Positions 18,793-29,455 are shown, counted from the stretch's first letter. The stretch: 45,395 bases of DNA from an uncultured bacterium (GCA_903870315.1 CAIQCJ010000032.1:1-45395), one strand, 5' to 3'. Numbers and translations are program-made. Notes: generated by a model from the letters alone, not told the origin.

Positions 18793-19437
18793 ATGCATGC
18801 CATATACACTACGCCAGGATTTATCATTGGCTCTGGTCAATACGGAGAAGCTGGTAAGTTGATATCTATTTTTACCAGAGATCTTGGCCTGGTAAAGGTT
18901 GTTGCTCAAGGTATTCGCTTCGAAAAATCAAAATTACGCTACCACACCAAGGACTATTCTTTTGGGATTTTCTCTTTGGTGCGTGGAAAAGAAGTCTGGC
19001 GTCTTACTAGCGCGCAAGCATTGCTGGCATCATCATTATCCACACCTATTTCATCACAAAATATCTTTGTAACTAATAACGAAGCTTTCTGGGCGCGGAT
19101 AGCACTACTTCTACGCAGATTTTTGCAAGGTGAAGAAGCAAACGAAAAACTCTTCGAGACTATTTCAGCTTGTAATATTTTTTTGGTCTCTTTTGGTCAA
19201 ACTGGAGATGTCGACGGTCTTAGCTCAGTTCCGGATAATGATTCTCATATGGAAATAGTAGAATCACTACTTGTTATACGTATAATGCATACCCTCGGTT
19301 ATATAGGCGATGACAAGGATATACACGCAGTTATATATTCCAATGATTTTACACATGGAATTATCGAATCTGCTTCACGTAAGAAACACCTGATAAACCA
19401 ACATATCAACAAGGCGCTGAAGGAATCACACCTTTGA
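18793..19437 (+). CDS. recO: DNA repair protein RecO
   Basis: N-terminal OB-fold 'YGEAGKLISIFTRDLGLVKVVAQGIR...SKL'. Confidence 0.8.
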   Translation: MHAIYTTPGFIIGSGQYGEAGKLISIFTRDLGLVKVVAQGIRFEKSKLRYHTKDYSFGIFSLVRGKEVWRLTSAQALLASSLSTPISSQNIFVTNNEAFWARIALLLRRFLQGEEANEKLFETISACNIFLVSFGQTGDVDGLSSVPDNDSHMEIVESLLVIRIMHTLGYIGDDKDIHAVIYSNDFTHGIIESASRKKHLINQHINKALKESHL

Positions 19438-19480
19438 GGCATTTCCGCTATTGTTGTTTTCATAGTAAAATGATTGGCAA

Positions 19481-21418
19481 ATGCCTCCAGAAGAGAAAAG
19501 CAAAATAGAAGACTTGAAGAAAGCGCTTTATTCTAGGTCGGCGCCAGATATCAAGACTCGTCGCAAGTTACGCTTCCACGATGATATCTCTACTGTACAG
19601 AAGTCTTGGCAGCGAGCTCCAGAAGTTAATGTTCAAGAGGATTTAAATAATAGATACGAAGATCATTCTATGTCTTTTTTCACTAAACTACTTATAGGCT
19701 CGATTGTCTTTTGCTTGATAGCCGTTAGTGCTGGAGCCTATCTCTTTTTCAATGGTAAAAATCTTGTCTCAGCCAACAATATAGATGTCGCCATAACTGG
19801 CCCCGTCTCCATACCTGGAGGTGAGCCTGTGTCTTTCGATGTTGGTATTACGAACAACAACAGTATAGATTTGCAGTTGGTAGACATGTCTGTATCTTTC
19901 CCGGCCGGTACAACAGATCCTAGCAATCCCTCTCAGGAATTGAAGAAATACGTGAACATGATAGGTGATATGACTTCTGGTAAGTCTGTCCACGAGACTG
20001 TGAAAGCAATCATGTTTGGTGAAGAAAATACTCAAAAACAAGTCACCGTTTCTTTGACTTATAGTATCAAGGGTTCCTCGGCCGTTTTCACCAAAGACAA
20101 GACTTATCAGGTTTTGATCAACTCATCACCAATCATTGTCGATGTATCTTCGTACAAAGAAGTTACATCTGGCCAAGAATTTGACCTGAAAGTGAATATC
20201 AAATCAAACTCTGGACAGACATTGAAGAATATATTACTCAATGCGAGCTACCCTTTTGGCTTTGTGTTCATGTCGTCAAACCTAAAGCCGACTTCTGTCG
20301 ACAATACGGTCTGGAGGATAGGAGACATACCACCGGGTAGTCAGGATAGTGTGACTATCCATGGAAAGTTACAGGGCGAGAACAGTGATGTGAGGTCGTT
20401 TAGATTCCTAGTTGGAGCCCAGAGTTCTACGAATCTGAATCAGATCGGCACTCAATATATGTCAATCCAACAAGATATTTCAATCCAAAAGCCTTTCATA
20501 TCTCTAGGTTTGACTATCAACAACAATCCAGACTCAACTGACTTTGTCGGTGGATACAATTCTCCACACCAGATATCGGTTTCGTGGTTCAACAATCTAA
20601 CCGTCCCAGTTACCAACGCCGTTATAACGATCCATCTTTCCGGCAATGCTTATGACAAAGCCTCCATATCTCCAGGTGAAGGATATTACCGTTCGACTAC
20701 CGATGATGTGGTTTGGAATCCACAGACTACACCGGCTCTAGCTTCGATCGCTGCTGGAGATACTGGTAGTGTTTTGTTCTCTATAATTCCTAGAGACCTC
20801 GGTAACAGTTCAGACCCCTTAGTAAATCCAGATCTTACTTTAACAGCAAGTGTATCAGGGGATAGGGTACAAGAATCACAAGTACCAGATTCTCTTACAG
20901 CCATTGCTACTAGAAGTATACGCATACCATCACCAGTATCTCTGTCTGGTCGTATCATAAGATCTTTTGGACCATTCCTAAATATAGGACCGGTACCCCC
21001 ACAAGCTGAACAGCAGACTACTTATACTGTTGTCTGGACCGTTGATAATGTCTCCAACAACATAAGTAACGCTAAAGTCACAGCTAGTCTTCCGGCCTAT
21101 GTGAGGTGGTCAGGAAATGTTAGCCCAAATACCGAGTCAGTATCTTTCGATAATAATTCTGGAACGGTATCTTGGAATATTGGTAGTATGAACTCACGAT
21201 CTAATAATTCTTCCGGACGTAGATCGGTCGCATTTCAGATATCTATGTTGCCTGGAACAGACCTAATCGGATCTTCACCGAGTCTTGTAGGTGCAGCTAC
21301 ATTTACCGCAACAGATAACTATACTAACTCCCAGTTGCAGAGCAACCAAGATCCACTTCTAACCAGTTTCAGTACAGATCCAGCTTTCAAGCTCAATGAC
21401 GGCATTATTGTGAAGTAA
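19481..21418 (+). CDS. Membrane-anchored extracellular protein with multiple Ig-like beta-sandwich domains
   Basis: Single TM helix near aa 66-90, then Ser/Thr-rich beta repeats (VWRIGDIPPG, VSWNIGSM). Confidence 0.7.
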   Translation: MPPEEKSKIEDLKKALYSRSAPDIKTRRKLRFHDDISTVQKSWQRAPEVNVQEDLNNRYEDHSMSFFTKLLIGSIVFCLIAVSAGAYLFFNGKNLVSANNIDVAITGPVSIPGGEPVSFDVGITNNNSIDLQLVDMSVSFPAGTTDPSNPSQELKKYVNMIGDMTSGKSVHETVKAIMFGEENTQKQVTVSLTYSIKGSSAVFTKDKTYQVLINSSPIIVDVSSYKEVTSGQEFDLKVNIKSNSGQTLKNILLNASYPFGFVFMSSNLKPTSVDNTVWRIGDIPPGSQDSVTIHGKLQGENSDVRSFRFLVGAQSSTNLNQIGTQYMSIQQDISIQKPFISLGLTINNNPDSTDFVGGYNSPHQISVSWFNNLTVPVTNAVITIHLSGNAYDKASISPGEGYYRSTTDDVVWNPQTTPALASIAAGDTGSVLFSIIPRDLGNSSDPLVNPDLTLTASVSGDRVQESQVPDSLTAIATRSIRIPSPVSLSGRIIRSFGPFLNIGPVPPQAEQQTTYTVVWTVDNVSNNISNAKVTASLPAYVRWSGNVSPNTESVSFDNNSGTVSWNIGSMNSRSNNSSGRRSVAFQISMLPGTDLIGSSPSLVGAATFTATDNYTNSQLQSNQDPLLTSFSTDPAFKLNDGIIVK

Positions 21419-21442
21419 GCGTCTTTGATATACAATTCCACC

Positions 21443-22870
21443 ATGTCAAAAAATCAAGAAAAAAATGATTCACAGAGTGACGTCATGGATTCTATAGTGT
21501 CTCTTTGTAAAAGACGTGGTTTTATATTTCAAGGCTCTGAGATATATGGCGGACTCGCCGGTACATGGGACTATGCTCCTCTTGGAGTTGCCCTGAAAAA
21601 TAACATCAAGAAGATTTGGTGGAAGCGTTTTATAGATGATCGAGATGATATGTATGGTGTAGATGCAGCTATTCTCATGAATCAACGTACGTGGGAGGCT
21701 AGTGGTCACGTAGGTGGTTTCGCTGACCCATTGGTTGAATGCAAAAAATGCCAACATCGTTTTCGTGCTGATCAATTGATTGGTGAAGATGGTAAGCCGT
21801 CTAGTGTAGACGCACCAGTTAAAAAGTGTCCAGATTGTGGAGGTTCTCTTGGAGAAATTCGCCAATTCAATATGATGTTCAAAACACATATAGGTGCAGC
21901 CGAAGACGCATCAGCGGTTTCATATCTACGCCCAGAAACAGCTCAGGGTATGTTTGTGAATTTCAAAAATATCCTAGACACTTTCCACCCGACTTTGCCT
22001 TTTGGTATGGCGCAGATAGGGAAGGCTTTCAGAAATGAGATCGCGCCTCGTGACTTCCTCTTCCGTGCGCGCGAATTCGAGCAGATGGAGATCGAGTATT
22101 TCGTGAAGGCGCCCAAAGACACGAAAGATGACGGAAAATCTGAGGATGCAGCTGATGGTTGGCAAAAGGTTTTCGATGATTTTCGCCAGCAGATCCACGG
22201 TTTCATCGCCGATATCGGTTTGACCGCTTCGAAAGTCCACGAGTTGGAAGTTCCGGATGGTGAACGCGCGCATTACTCCAAGCGCACTATAGATTTCGAG
22301 TTTGATTTTCCATTTGGCAAAAAAGAGCTTTATGGTTTGGCCTATCGTACGGATTTTGACTTGAAGCAGCATGCTGAGTTTAGTAAAGTCGATCTTTCTT
22401 ATTATGATGAAGAGACCAAAGAGCGTTACGTGCCACATTGCATAGAGCCGTCATTCGGCCTCGACAGAACGGTTTTGGCTGTTTTGGCTGATGCCTACAC
22501 TGAAGATGCGATGAGTGATGAGAAGCGGGTATTTTTGAAACTAGCCCCAGCTGTAGCGCCTTATAAAGTCGCAGTTTTTCCGCTCTTGAAAAATAAACCG
22601 CTGCTGGTAGCAAAGGCTCGCGAAGTTTTTGCTACTCTGAAAGCTGAATTTGCAGAGGTCGGAATCCAAGGCGTCGCCTTTGATGATAACGGCAATATCG
22701 GCAAGCGCTATCGCAGACAAGATGAAGTTGGTACGCCATTTTGTGTAACTGTAGATTTCGATACTATCGAGAAAAGCGCCGGTGTCACCGTGCGCGATCG
22801 TGACTCAGGAAGACAGGAGCGAGTCGCTGAAGGGGAGTTGGTTGGATATTTATTGGGGAAAGTGAAATGA
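21443..22870 (+). CDS. glyQS: Glycine--tRNA ligase (alpha2 type)
   Basis: CKRRGFIFQGSEIYGG, YLRPETAQG, FRAREFEQMEIE, IEPSFGLDR, IGKRYRRQDEVGTPFCVTVDF. Confidence 0.95.
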   Translation: MSKNQEKNDSQSDVMDSIVSLCKRRGFIFQGSEIYGGLAGTWDYAPLGVALKNNIKKIWWKRFIDDRDDMYGVDAAILMNQRTWEASGHVGGFADPLVECKKCQHRFRADQLIGEDGKPSSVDAPVKKCPDCGGSLGEIRQFNMMFKTHIGAAEDASAVSYLRPETAQGMFVNFKNILDTFHPTLPFGMAQIGKAFRNEIAPRDFLFRAREFEQMEIEYFVKAPKDTKDDGKSEDAADGWQKVFDDFRQQIHGFIADIGLTASKVHELEVPDGERAHYSKRTIDFEFDFPFGKKELYGLAYRTDFDLKQHAEFSKVDLSYYDEETKERYVPHCIEPSFGLDRTVLAVLADAYTEDAMSDEKRVFLKLAPAVAPYKVAVFPLLKNKPLLVAKAREVFATLKAEFAEVGIQGVAFDDNGNIGKRYRRQDEVGTPFCVTVDFDTIEKSAGVTVRDRDSGRQERVAEGELVGYLLGKVK

Positions 22871-22903
22871 TAGTTGAGAAAATATAACCACCTAAAGACT
22901 TTT

Positions 22904-24175
22904 ATGACCTTCAAAACCACCACATTACCAAATGGCTTACGCATCATAACAGTACCTATGCAAGACAATCCGTCGGTTACGGCACTCGTCATGGTCCGTA
23001 CAGGTTCGAAATATGAGACGAAAGACATAAACGGTCTGTCGCATTTTCTGGAACATATGTGTTTCAAGGGAACAGAGAAGCGTCCGAAGGCTAGCGATAT
23101 TTCTCGTGAGCTGGATTCTATCGGTGCCAATTACAATGCTTTTACTAGTCAGGAATTCACTGGATATTACGCCAAGGCCGCTGCCAAAAATGCTAGCAAG
23201 ATTGTAGACATTATCTCTGACATGTATTTACACCCTATTTTTAATGCGGAAGAACTTGAGAAAGAGAAAGGTGTAATTATCGAAGAGATCCGTATGTACA
23301 ATGATCTACCACAGCGCAAAGTTGGTGATGTCTTTATGAATCTTCTGTATGGCGATCAACCTGCTGGTTGGGATATAGCCGGACCAGAAGAAACTATCCG
23401 GACTTTGAATAGAGAAAAAATGATCGCTTATCGCTCAGTTCACTACACAACTCCAGCAACAACAGTTATCGTTTCAGGTTCATTTGATGAAAAAGAGATG
23501 CTAAGCCAGATCACCAAGGCTTTTGAGAAGGCTAGTACTAAGACTTCGGCCGGAAAGCTGCCAGTCAAAGAATCACAAACCGCACCGGCTATCGCTACAT
23601 CTTTCAAGGAAACTGATCAGACACACTTGATCATCGGCTTCAGGTCATTCCCGATAACAGATAAGAGAATGCCTATCATACAGGTGCTTGTTTCGATACT
23701 TGGCGGCGGCATGAGCTCTAGGCTTTTCTCCAAGATGCGTGATCAGCTTGGCATTTGCTATTACATAAAAACAGACAATGATTCTTTCACTGATCACGGC
23801 TTTCTCTCCATCTCGGCTGGTGTAGATAACACCCGCGTTGAAGAGGGTATCAAAGGTATTCTCGAAGAATGTCGTCGCATAAAAAATGAGCCAGTCGGTG
23901 CCGAGGAACTCCAAAAATCCAAAGACTATATTTCTGGTACTACGTTGCTTGGTCTTGAAACGTCTGATGCACGCGCCGAATTTTGCGGCTATCAAGATGC
24001 TCTCAAGGGTTCAGTGCAGACCCCTGATGAGCTTATGGCTAAAATACGTGAGGTGACCGCGGATGATATTACAAAATTGGCAAAAGAAATCTTTGTAGAC
24101 GAAGGCCTCAACATGGCCATCGTCGGAAGATACAAAGACTCGGAAACATTCAAAAAATATTTTACGGTGCTATAA
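22904..24175 (+). CDS. M16 family zinc peptidase
   Basis: HFLEH (HxxEH), NAFTSQE, LGGGMSSRLF. Confidence 0.93.
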   Translation: MTFKTTTLPNGLRIITVPMQDNPSVTALVMVRTGSKYETKDINGLSHFLEHMCFKGTEKRPKASDISRELDSIGANYNAFTSQEFTGYYAKAAAKNASKIVDIISDMYLHPIFNAEELEKEKGVIIEEIRMYNDLPQRKVGDVFMNLLYGDQPAGWDIAGPEETIRTLNREKMIAYRSVHYTTPATTVIVSGSFDEKEMLSQITKAFEKASTKTSAGKLPVKESQTAPAIATSFKETDQTHLIIGFRSFPITDKRMPIIQVLVSILGGGMSSRLFSKMRDQLGICYYIKTDNDSFTDHGFLSISAGVDNTRVEEGIKGILEECRRIKNEPVGAEELQKSKDYISGTTLLGLETSDARAEFCGYQDALKGSVQTPDELMAKIREVTADDITKLAKEIFVDEGLNMAIVGRYKDSETFKKYFTVL

Positions 24176-24182
24176 TGGGCTT

Positions 24183-25262
24183 ATGGCTGAGACACCCAAA
24201 GATTTCCACATAAACATAAGCAGCGGCACTATATTGCGCTTCTTCTTGATACTTATAGGCCTAGCGGCGCTTTATTATCTTTCAGACGTGCTTTTGATAG
24301 TGGTGGCGGCTGTTATCATAGCTTCTGCAGTTGAACCAGCTGTGAGGCGTTTGAAGCGCTATGGTATCCATAGGATAGTTGGGGCCATCATTGTCTACGT
24401 CACTTTGGCCGCTTCTCTAATTACAATACTTGTATTCTTCATGCCAGTAGTTATAAACGATGTGACGGCTTTCTTGGCTGCTGCACCCAAGTCTATATCA
24501 CTTGGTGAATTATGGGCACCGATCAGGGATTTTGGTACAGGAGCCGGATCATTGGCGGCTCATACAATATCCGTTCAAGATTTCGTAAATGGTTTGAGAT
24601 CTTTCTTTGGTGGTGGCACAGGAGTCGGAGTATTTCAGACAGCCAGCTTGGTTTTCGGTGGGTTCCTGAGTTTCGTACTTATCGCAGTACTCTCTTTCTA
24701 TCTATCTGTAAAAGAAGAGGGAGTAGACGACTTCTTGAGTCTTGTCACTCCTATACATCATCAAGAATACATAATAAACCTTTGGCACAGGTCACAACGT
24801 AAGATTGCTTTCTGGTTGCAAGGCCAGATCATATTGGGTATCGTCGTTGGTCTGCTTGTTTATCTAGTTTTGGCAATACTTGGTATACCACACGCTTTGG
24901 TCTTGGCATTATTCGCTGGTATCTTTGAAATCATACCAGTCTTTGGTCCGATCATATCTTCTATACCAGCTATACTCGTCGCCTTTACCGACGTTGGAGT
25001 TGGCACCGGTTTCTTGTTGATGGGTCTTTACGTACTTATATACCAATTCGAAAGTCAGTTATTCTATCCTTTGGTAGTGAAGAAGATAGTTGGCATATCT
25101 CCAATCATTGTTATCCTAGCGTTGGTGATAGGGGCCAAACTGGCCGGAATTCTTGGGGCCATACTAGCTGTTCCATTGTCAGCAGCACTTATGGAATACA
25201 TAAGCGATATAGAAAAGAGGAAGAAAGACGCGCACGACAGTGCTAAAGCTAGTGCTTCATGA
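24183..25262 (+). CDS. AI-2E (PerM) family transporter
   Basis: Multi-TM protein; WLQGQIIL, EIIPVFGP, GILGAILAVP. Confidence 0.9.
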   Translation: MAETPKDFHINISSGTILRFFLILIGLAALYYLSDVLLIVVAAVIIASAVEPAVRRLKRYGIHRIVGAIIVYVTLAASLITILVFFMPVVINDVTAFLAAAPKSISLGELWAPIRDFGTGAGSLAAHTISVQDFVNGLRSFFGGGTGVGVFQTASLVFGGFLSFVLIAVLSFYLSVKEEGVDDFLSLVTPIHHQEYIINLWHRSQRKIAFWLQGQIILGIVVGLLVYLVLAILGIPHALVLALFAGIFEIIPVFGPIISSIPAILVAFTDVGVGTGFLLMGLYVLIYQFESQLFYPLVVKKIVGISPIIVILALVIGAKLAGILGAILAVPLSAALMEYISDIEKRKKDAHDSAKASAS

Positions 25263-25301
25263 TTTCATTTACCATTATCATAAGATAAGTCTGCAATAAG
25301 C

Positions 25302-26855
25302 ATGTCCAAACCATTTTATATAACTACTACGTTGCCGTACGTTAATTCGATACCGCATATTGGTTTTGCGACTGAGATTATAAGAGCCGATTCTATCGCT
25401 AGATGGAAGAGAGCTTCCGGTTTTGAAGTATTTTCCAATACTGGTACAGATGAACATGGCCTCAAGATTTTTCAAAAAGCTAAGGAGGCTGGTATAGAGC
25501 CACAAGTCTATGTAGATCAAGTCGCTTCAAAATTCAAAGAACTCCTACCGATTCTTGGTATAAGTCCTGAAGTAAACTTTATCCGTACTACTGATAAGCA
25601 TCACACGAAAGCCGCTCAAACTTTTTGGCAACTTGTAGACAAGAATGGCTTCATATACAAGAAAAATTATTCAGTGAAATATTGTATCGGATGTGAGCTG
25701 GAGAAGACTGAGTCAGAACTAGTAGAAGGGAAATGTCCACTGCACCCACTCCAGTCTCTGGAGATTATAAATGAGGAAAATTATTTCTTCAGATTTAGTG
25801 CCTTTCAGGAACAACTATTAGATCTCTACGACAAAAGTAGCAGCTCCTCAGTAAACAATTCCACAGAGTCTTCAAGACAACCCTTTGTCATACCAGAATC
25901 TCGCCAGAGGGAGATTCGTGCTTTCGTCGAACGTGGTCTAGACGACTTCAGTATATCTCGTCTCAAGTCCAAGATGCCTTGGGGTATACCAGTACCGGAG
26001 GACGAAGAACAGGTTATGTATGTTTGGTTCGACGCCTTGGTCAACTACGTTTCCGCTGTCGGCTGGCCAGATGATGTCGTAGCTGACAAGGCTATGCCCG
26101 GCTCATTCAAAAAGTGGTGTGTAGAGACTGGTGGTATGGTTCAATATTGTGGCAAAGACAATCTTCGACAACAGTCGGCTATGTGGCAAGCTATGCTCTT
26201 AGCTGCAGGACTACCGACCTCGAAGACTGTCATTGTTGACGGTTTTGTAACGGCTGATGGTGGCGTGAAGATGTCTAAGTCTCTTGGCAATACAGTAGAT
26301 CCGGTTGCTCTAGTCAAAGAGTTTGGCACCGATGCTATGAGGTATTATTGTCTACACGAGCTTCATCCTTTCGAGGATAGCCCTTGTACAGTTGAGCGCT
26401 TTAAAGATGCTTACAACGCCAATCTAGCAAATGGTTTAGGAAATCTGGTGAGTCGAGTTATGAAGATGGCAGAGACTAGTGGTATAACTATTGCTGATAA
26501 GCTCAAAACATATGAAGACTCTTTAAAGTCTGGAAAATTTATTGTTTCTGCGATATTATCTACTGAATACATGGCTGGTTTAGAGGAGTATAATCTCAAA
26601 AAGTCCATGGATGCTATATGGTCTATCATAGCTGTGTCCGACAAACTCATACAAGTGAAGCAGCCATTCAAGTTAGTGAAATCTGAAGACGATAAAGACA
26701 AAGCCGATGGTAAATCATGTATAGAGACTTTGCTCAATAACATACATACTATAGGAGTTGCTCTACAGCCTTTTATGCCTACAACAGCTCAAATGATACT
26801 TGAGTGTATATATAACAACAAAATGCCTGCCACGCCACTCTTCTTAAGGAAATAA
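25302..26855 (+). CDS. metG: Methionine--tRNA ligase
   Basis: YITTTLPYVN..PHIG, TGTDEHG, YVWFDAL, KMSKSLGN. Confidence 0.96.
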   Translation: MSKPFYITTTLPYVNSIPHIGFATEIIRADSIARWKRASGFEVFSNTGTDEHGLKIFQKAKEAGIEPQVYVDQVASKFKELLPILGISPEVNFIRTTDKHHTKAAQTFWQLVDKNGFIYKKNYSVKYCIGCELEKTESELVEGKCPLHPLQSLEIINEENYFFRFSAFQEQLLDLYDKSSSSSVNNSTESSRQPFVIPESRQREIRAFVERGLDDFSISRLKSKMPWGIPVPEDEEQVMYVWFDALVNYVSAVGWPDDVVADKAMPGSFKKWCVETGGMVQYCGKDNLRQQSAMWQAMLLAAGLPTSKTVIVDGFVTADGGVKMSKSLGNTVDPVALVKEFGTDAMRYYCLHELHPFEDSPCTVERFKDAYNANLANGLGNLVSRVMKMAETSGITIADKLKTYEDSLKSGKFIVSAILSTEYMAGLEEYNLKKSMDAIWSIIAVSDKLIQVKQPFKLVKSEDDKDKADGKSCIETLLNNIHTIGVALQPFMPTTAQMILECIYNNKMPATPLFLRK

Positions 26856-26876
26856 TCTATAGATATATCATATAAA

Positions 26877-27761
26877 ATGGCCAATAATATCAAGTATATA
26901 GATATCCATGGCCACATAAACTTTCCTGTATATGACATTGACCGTGAAGCAGTTATAGACCGTGCAAAAGATGCTGGGGTGGGGATGATTATTGTCGGTA
27001 CAGATTTTTCATCTTCTAAAAGAGCTATTGAGCTTGCGGAAAAATACGAAAATGTCTGGGCTACAGTTGGTGTTCATCCTACAGACGATGTTGTTTCAGG
27101 ACAAAATGATAACACAGACACAGTGTCTATTTTCAACTACACAGCTTTCAAGTCTTTGGCAGTACATCCTAAGGTGGTGGCGATAGGGGAATGTGGCTTG
27201 GATTATTTTCATAAAGAATCTATTTCTGGTGAACCTTTGGACATAGAATCTCAACGTTCACTTTTCTTGGCACATATAAAGTTAGCAAATTACGTAAATA
27301 AGCCACTGATGCTTCATGTCAGGAATGCCCCGTCTAGCAAAAATGGCTGCAAGACTAGTGATGCCTACAAGGAAGTTGTACATATGTTGAAACAGAATGC
27401 GAAAGTACGCGCGAATTTTCATTTTTTTGCTGGAGATATTGACGACCTATCTGCGGTTTTAGATATAAAAGGTATGATTTCACTCACTGGTGTTATCACT
27501 TTCACAAGCGACTATGATGAGATTATAAAACGTGTACCGCTAGACAACTTGATGACGGAGACTGATTGCCCGTATGTTTCACCGGTGCCATATCGTGGTA
27601 AGCGTAACGAACCTGTTTTTGTCATAGAAGTTGTGAAAGCTATAACCAAGATACGTTCAAGCCTCGATGATCAAGGTGTGCGGATAGTTGAGAAGTCTGA
27701 TGTGGGATCTAAGATAGGGGAACAATTACTAGACAACGCTCGAAGCTTCTTCAACCTCTGA
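26877..27761 (+). CDS. tatD: TatD family deoxyribonuclease
   Basis: DIHGH, GVHP, AIGECGLDY, ETDCPY, RGKRNEP. Confidence 0.93.
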   Translation: MANNIKYIDIHGHINFPVYDIDREAVIDRAKDAGVGMIIVGTDFSSSKRAIELAEKYENVWATVGVHPTDDVVSGQNDNTDTVSIFNYTAFKSLAVHPKVVAIGECGLDYFHKESISGEPLDIESQRSLFLAHIKLANYVNKPLMLHVRNAPSSKNGCKTSDAYKEVVHMLKQNAKVRANFHFFAGDIDDLSAVLDIKGMISLTGVITFTSDYDEIIKRVPLDNLMTETDCPYVSPVPYRGKRNEPVFVIEVVKAITKIRSSLDDQGVRIVEKSDVGSKIGEQLLDNARSFFNL

Positions 27762-27776
27762 CGCTATATTACGGTT

Positions 27777-27854
27777 TCTTCATAGCTTCTTGAGAACTTC
27801 TTGAACGTTTCTTGAAGATTTTTTGATAGAGATTTTAACTTAGCGGTTTATGAT
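27777..27854 (+). promoter_or_regulatory. Promoter with five 11-bp-period direct repeats (copy 1)
   Basis: TCTTCATAGCT TCTTGAGAACT TCTTGAACGTT TCTTGAAGATT TTTTGA, then TATGAT at 27849. Confidence 0.65.
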
Positions 27855-28023
27855 AGTAATGCCTCTGGACATTGCGGAGGAGATAGTTTTGTGTTAATCT
27901 CATGGCATTATAAGTAATCGCAGTAAGTTCCTGATTTGTTGTATTATGGCTTAATAAGGCCACAGTATGATGGTGAAGGATTCCGCAGATTTATTTTAAG
28001 CGGAGCACTGACTGCAAAAAACA

Positions 28024-28554
28024 ATGAACGAAACACAAAACGACGTTCGTATGAACGTGTATGAGATCGGGTATTTGATCGTTTCTTCTGTGCCAGAAGA
28101 GAAAGTAGCTTCTGAAGCTGAGGCGGTCAAGAGTATTATCACAAAGGCGGGGGCTTCGGTTATTGCCGAAGAGGTGCCTCATAAGGAACATCTCGCGTAT
28201 ACTATGCGCAAGAAGACAGTTTCTGGATCATATGATAAATATGACACAGCTTATTTCGGATGGATCAAGTTCGAAGTCGGTTCGGACGTTGTTGAATCTG
28301 TGAAGAAGCTTGTTGAGACACAACCTTCAGTCTTGAGGATGCTCATGATCTCTACTGTCAAAGAAAATACTTATCTAGGTAAGCATGCTTCAGCTATAGC
28401 AGCAGAGTTCAATCCTATGGGCAAAAAGACCATAGAGAGAACTTTTTCTCCTGCTCTGAAGTCATCAGAAGCTGAGAAAGCATCTGTCCCTGTAACTCCA
28501 GCCTCTGTCGAGGATATGGACAAGAGTATCGACGCAATGATCAAAGAGGTATAA
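28024..28554 (+). CDS. rpsF: 30S ribosomal protein S6 with C-terminal extension
   Basis: YEIGYLI...LAYTMRK...AYFGWIKF...VLRML; in rpsF-ssb-rpsR synteny. Confidence 0.9.
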   Translation: MNETQNDVRMNVYEIGYLIVSSVPEEKVASEAEAVKSIITKAGASVIAEEVPHKEHLAYTMRKKTVSGSYDKYDTAYFGWIKFEVGSDVVESVKKLVETQPSVLRMLMISTVKENTYLGKHASAIAAEFNPMGKKTIERTFSPALKSSEAEKASVPVTPASVEDMDKSIDAMIKEV

Positions 28555-28581
28555 TAGTCTTATATCAATAACACAACCTCT

Positions 28582-29040
28582 ATGTATCTAAACAAAGTAT
28601 TCATCATAGGAAATCTTACTCGCGACCCAGAACTCAAGGCCCTTCCTTCTGGTTCTAAGGTCTGTAGCTTCGGTATGGCTACAAACCGCGTCTTCAAGAA
28701 CAAAGATGGCCAGAGACAAGATGCCACAGAATTCCACAACATCGTCGTCTTCGGACGCGTCGCCGAGCTTGCCGCTCAATATTTGAAGAAAGGATCACAA
28801 GCTTTGGTTGAAGGTCGTATGCAGACTCGTTCTTGGGAAGCTGATGGCCAGAAGAAATATCGCACCGAAGTGGTCGCCGACAGTATACAGTTCGGTTCAC
28901 GACCAGGTGCCGCCGGTTCAACAAGTACTCCTGGAGCACAATCCGGATCCCAGAAAGGTGGAGAAGAAGTCCTAGTAGAATCCGGTGATAAGATAGATTA
29001 TCCAAGTGAAGAGATAAATCCTGACGACATACCATTTTAG
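28582..29040 (+). CDS. ssb: Single-stranded DNA-binding protein
   Basis: LNKVFIIGNLTRDPE, VEGRMQTRSW, C-terminal DDIPF. Confidence 0.97.
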   Translation: MYLNKVFIIGNLTRDPELKALPSGSKVCSFGMATNRVFKNKDGQRQDATEFHNIVVFGRVAELAAQYLKKGSQALVEGRMQTRSWEADGQKKYRTEVVADSIQFGSRPGAAGSTSTPGAQSGSQKGGEEVLVESGDKIDYPSEEINPDDIPF

Positions 29041-29088
29041 TCAGACTTCACACAACAGATCATAAATACTAAATCAAAAACTACCAAT

Positions 29089-29292
29089 ATGAAAAAACAA
29101 TGTTATTTCAATCAGCATAATATAAGTCACATCGATTACAAGGATACGGAGGTATTGAAGAAATTCATCAATCCACATGGCCGTATGGTCAGCCGTAGGC
29201 GTACAGGCATATCTGCCAAGTACCAGCGCCAGTTGGCTACAGCTGTTAAGCGTGCAAGATTCATGGGTCTTTTGCCGTATGTCGCGAGGTAA
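29089..29292 (+). CDS. rpsR: 30S ribosomal protein S18
   Basis: [16 protein letters not shown]...[19 protein letters not shown]. Confidence 0.96.
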   Translation: MKKQCYFNQHNISHIDYKDTEVLKKFINPHGRMVSRRRTGISAKYQRQLATAVKRARFMGLLPYVAR

Positions 29293-29329
29293 TGTGAGCA
29301 ATAAGTAGAAAGAAAATCTCTGGGCTACA

Positions 29330-29438
29330 AAAAGTGGTGGAGTGTGTTGAGGAGATACGGATATTTTCTTGCTAGAAAATTCCTCGTGCTCGCGCCAGTC
29401 GCGCTCGCAATATCTCCTCAACACACTTCACCACTTTT
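29330..29438. repeat. 28-bp inverted repeat element between convergent rpsR and efp
   Basis: 29330-29357 versus 29411-29438, one mismatch (G-U compatible), enclosing small internal hairpins. Confidence 0.85.
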
Positions 29439-29455
29439 GTTTCTGAGCTTTCTAA

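Noticed and set aside
27777..27826. CRISPR array
   Set aside because: Units are 11-bp tandem repeats without spacers, and there are no cas genes in the window.
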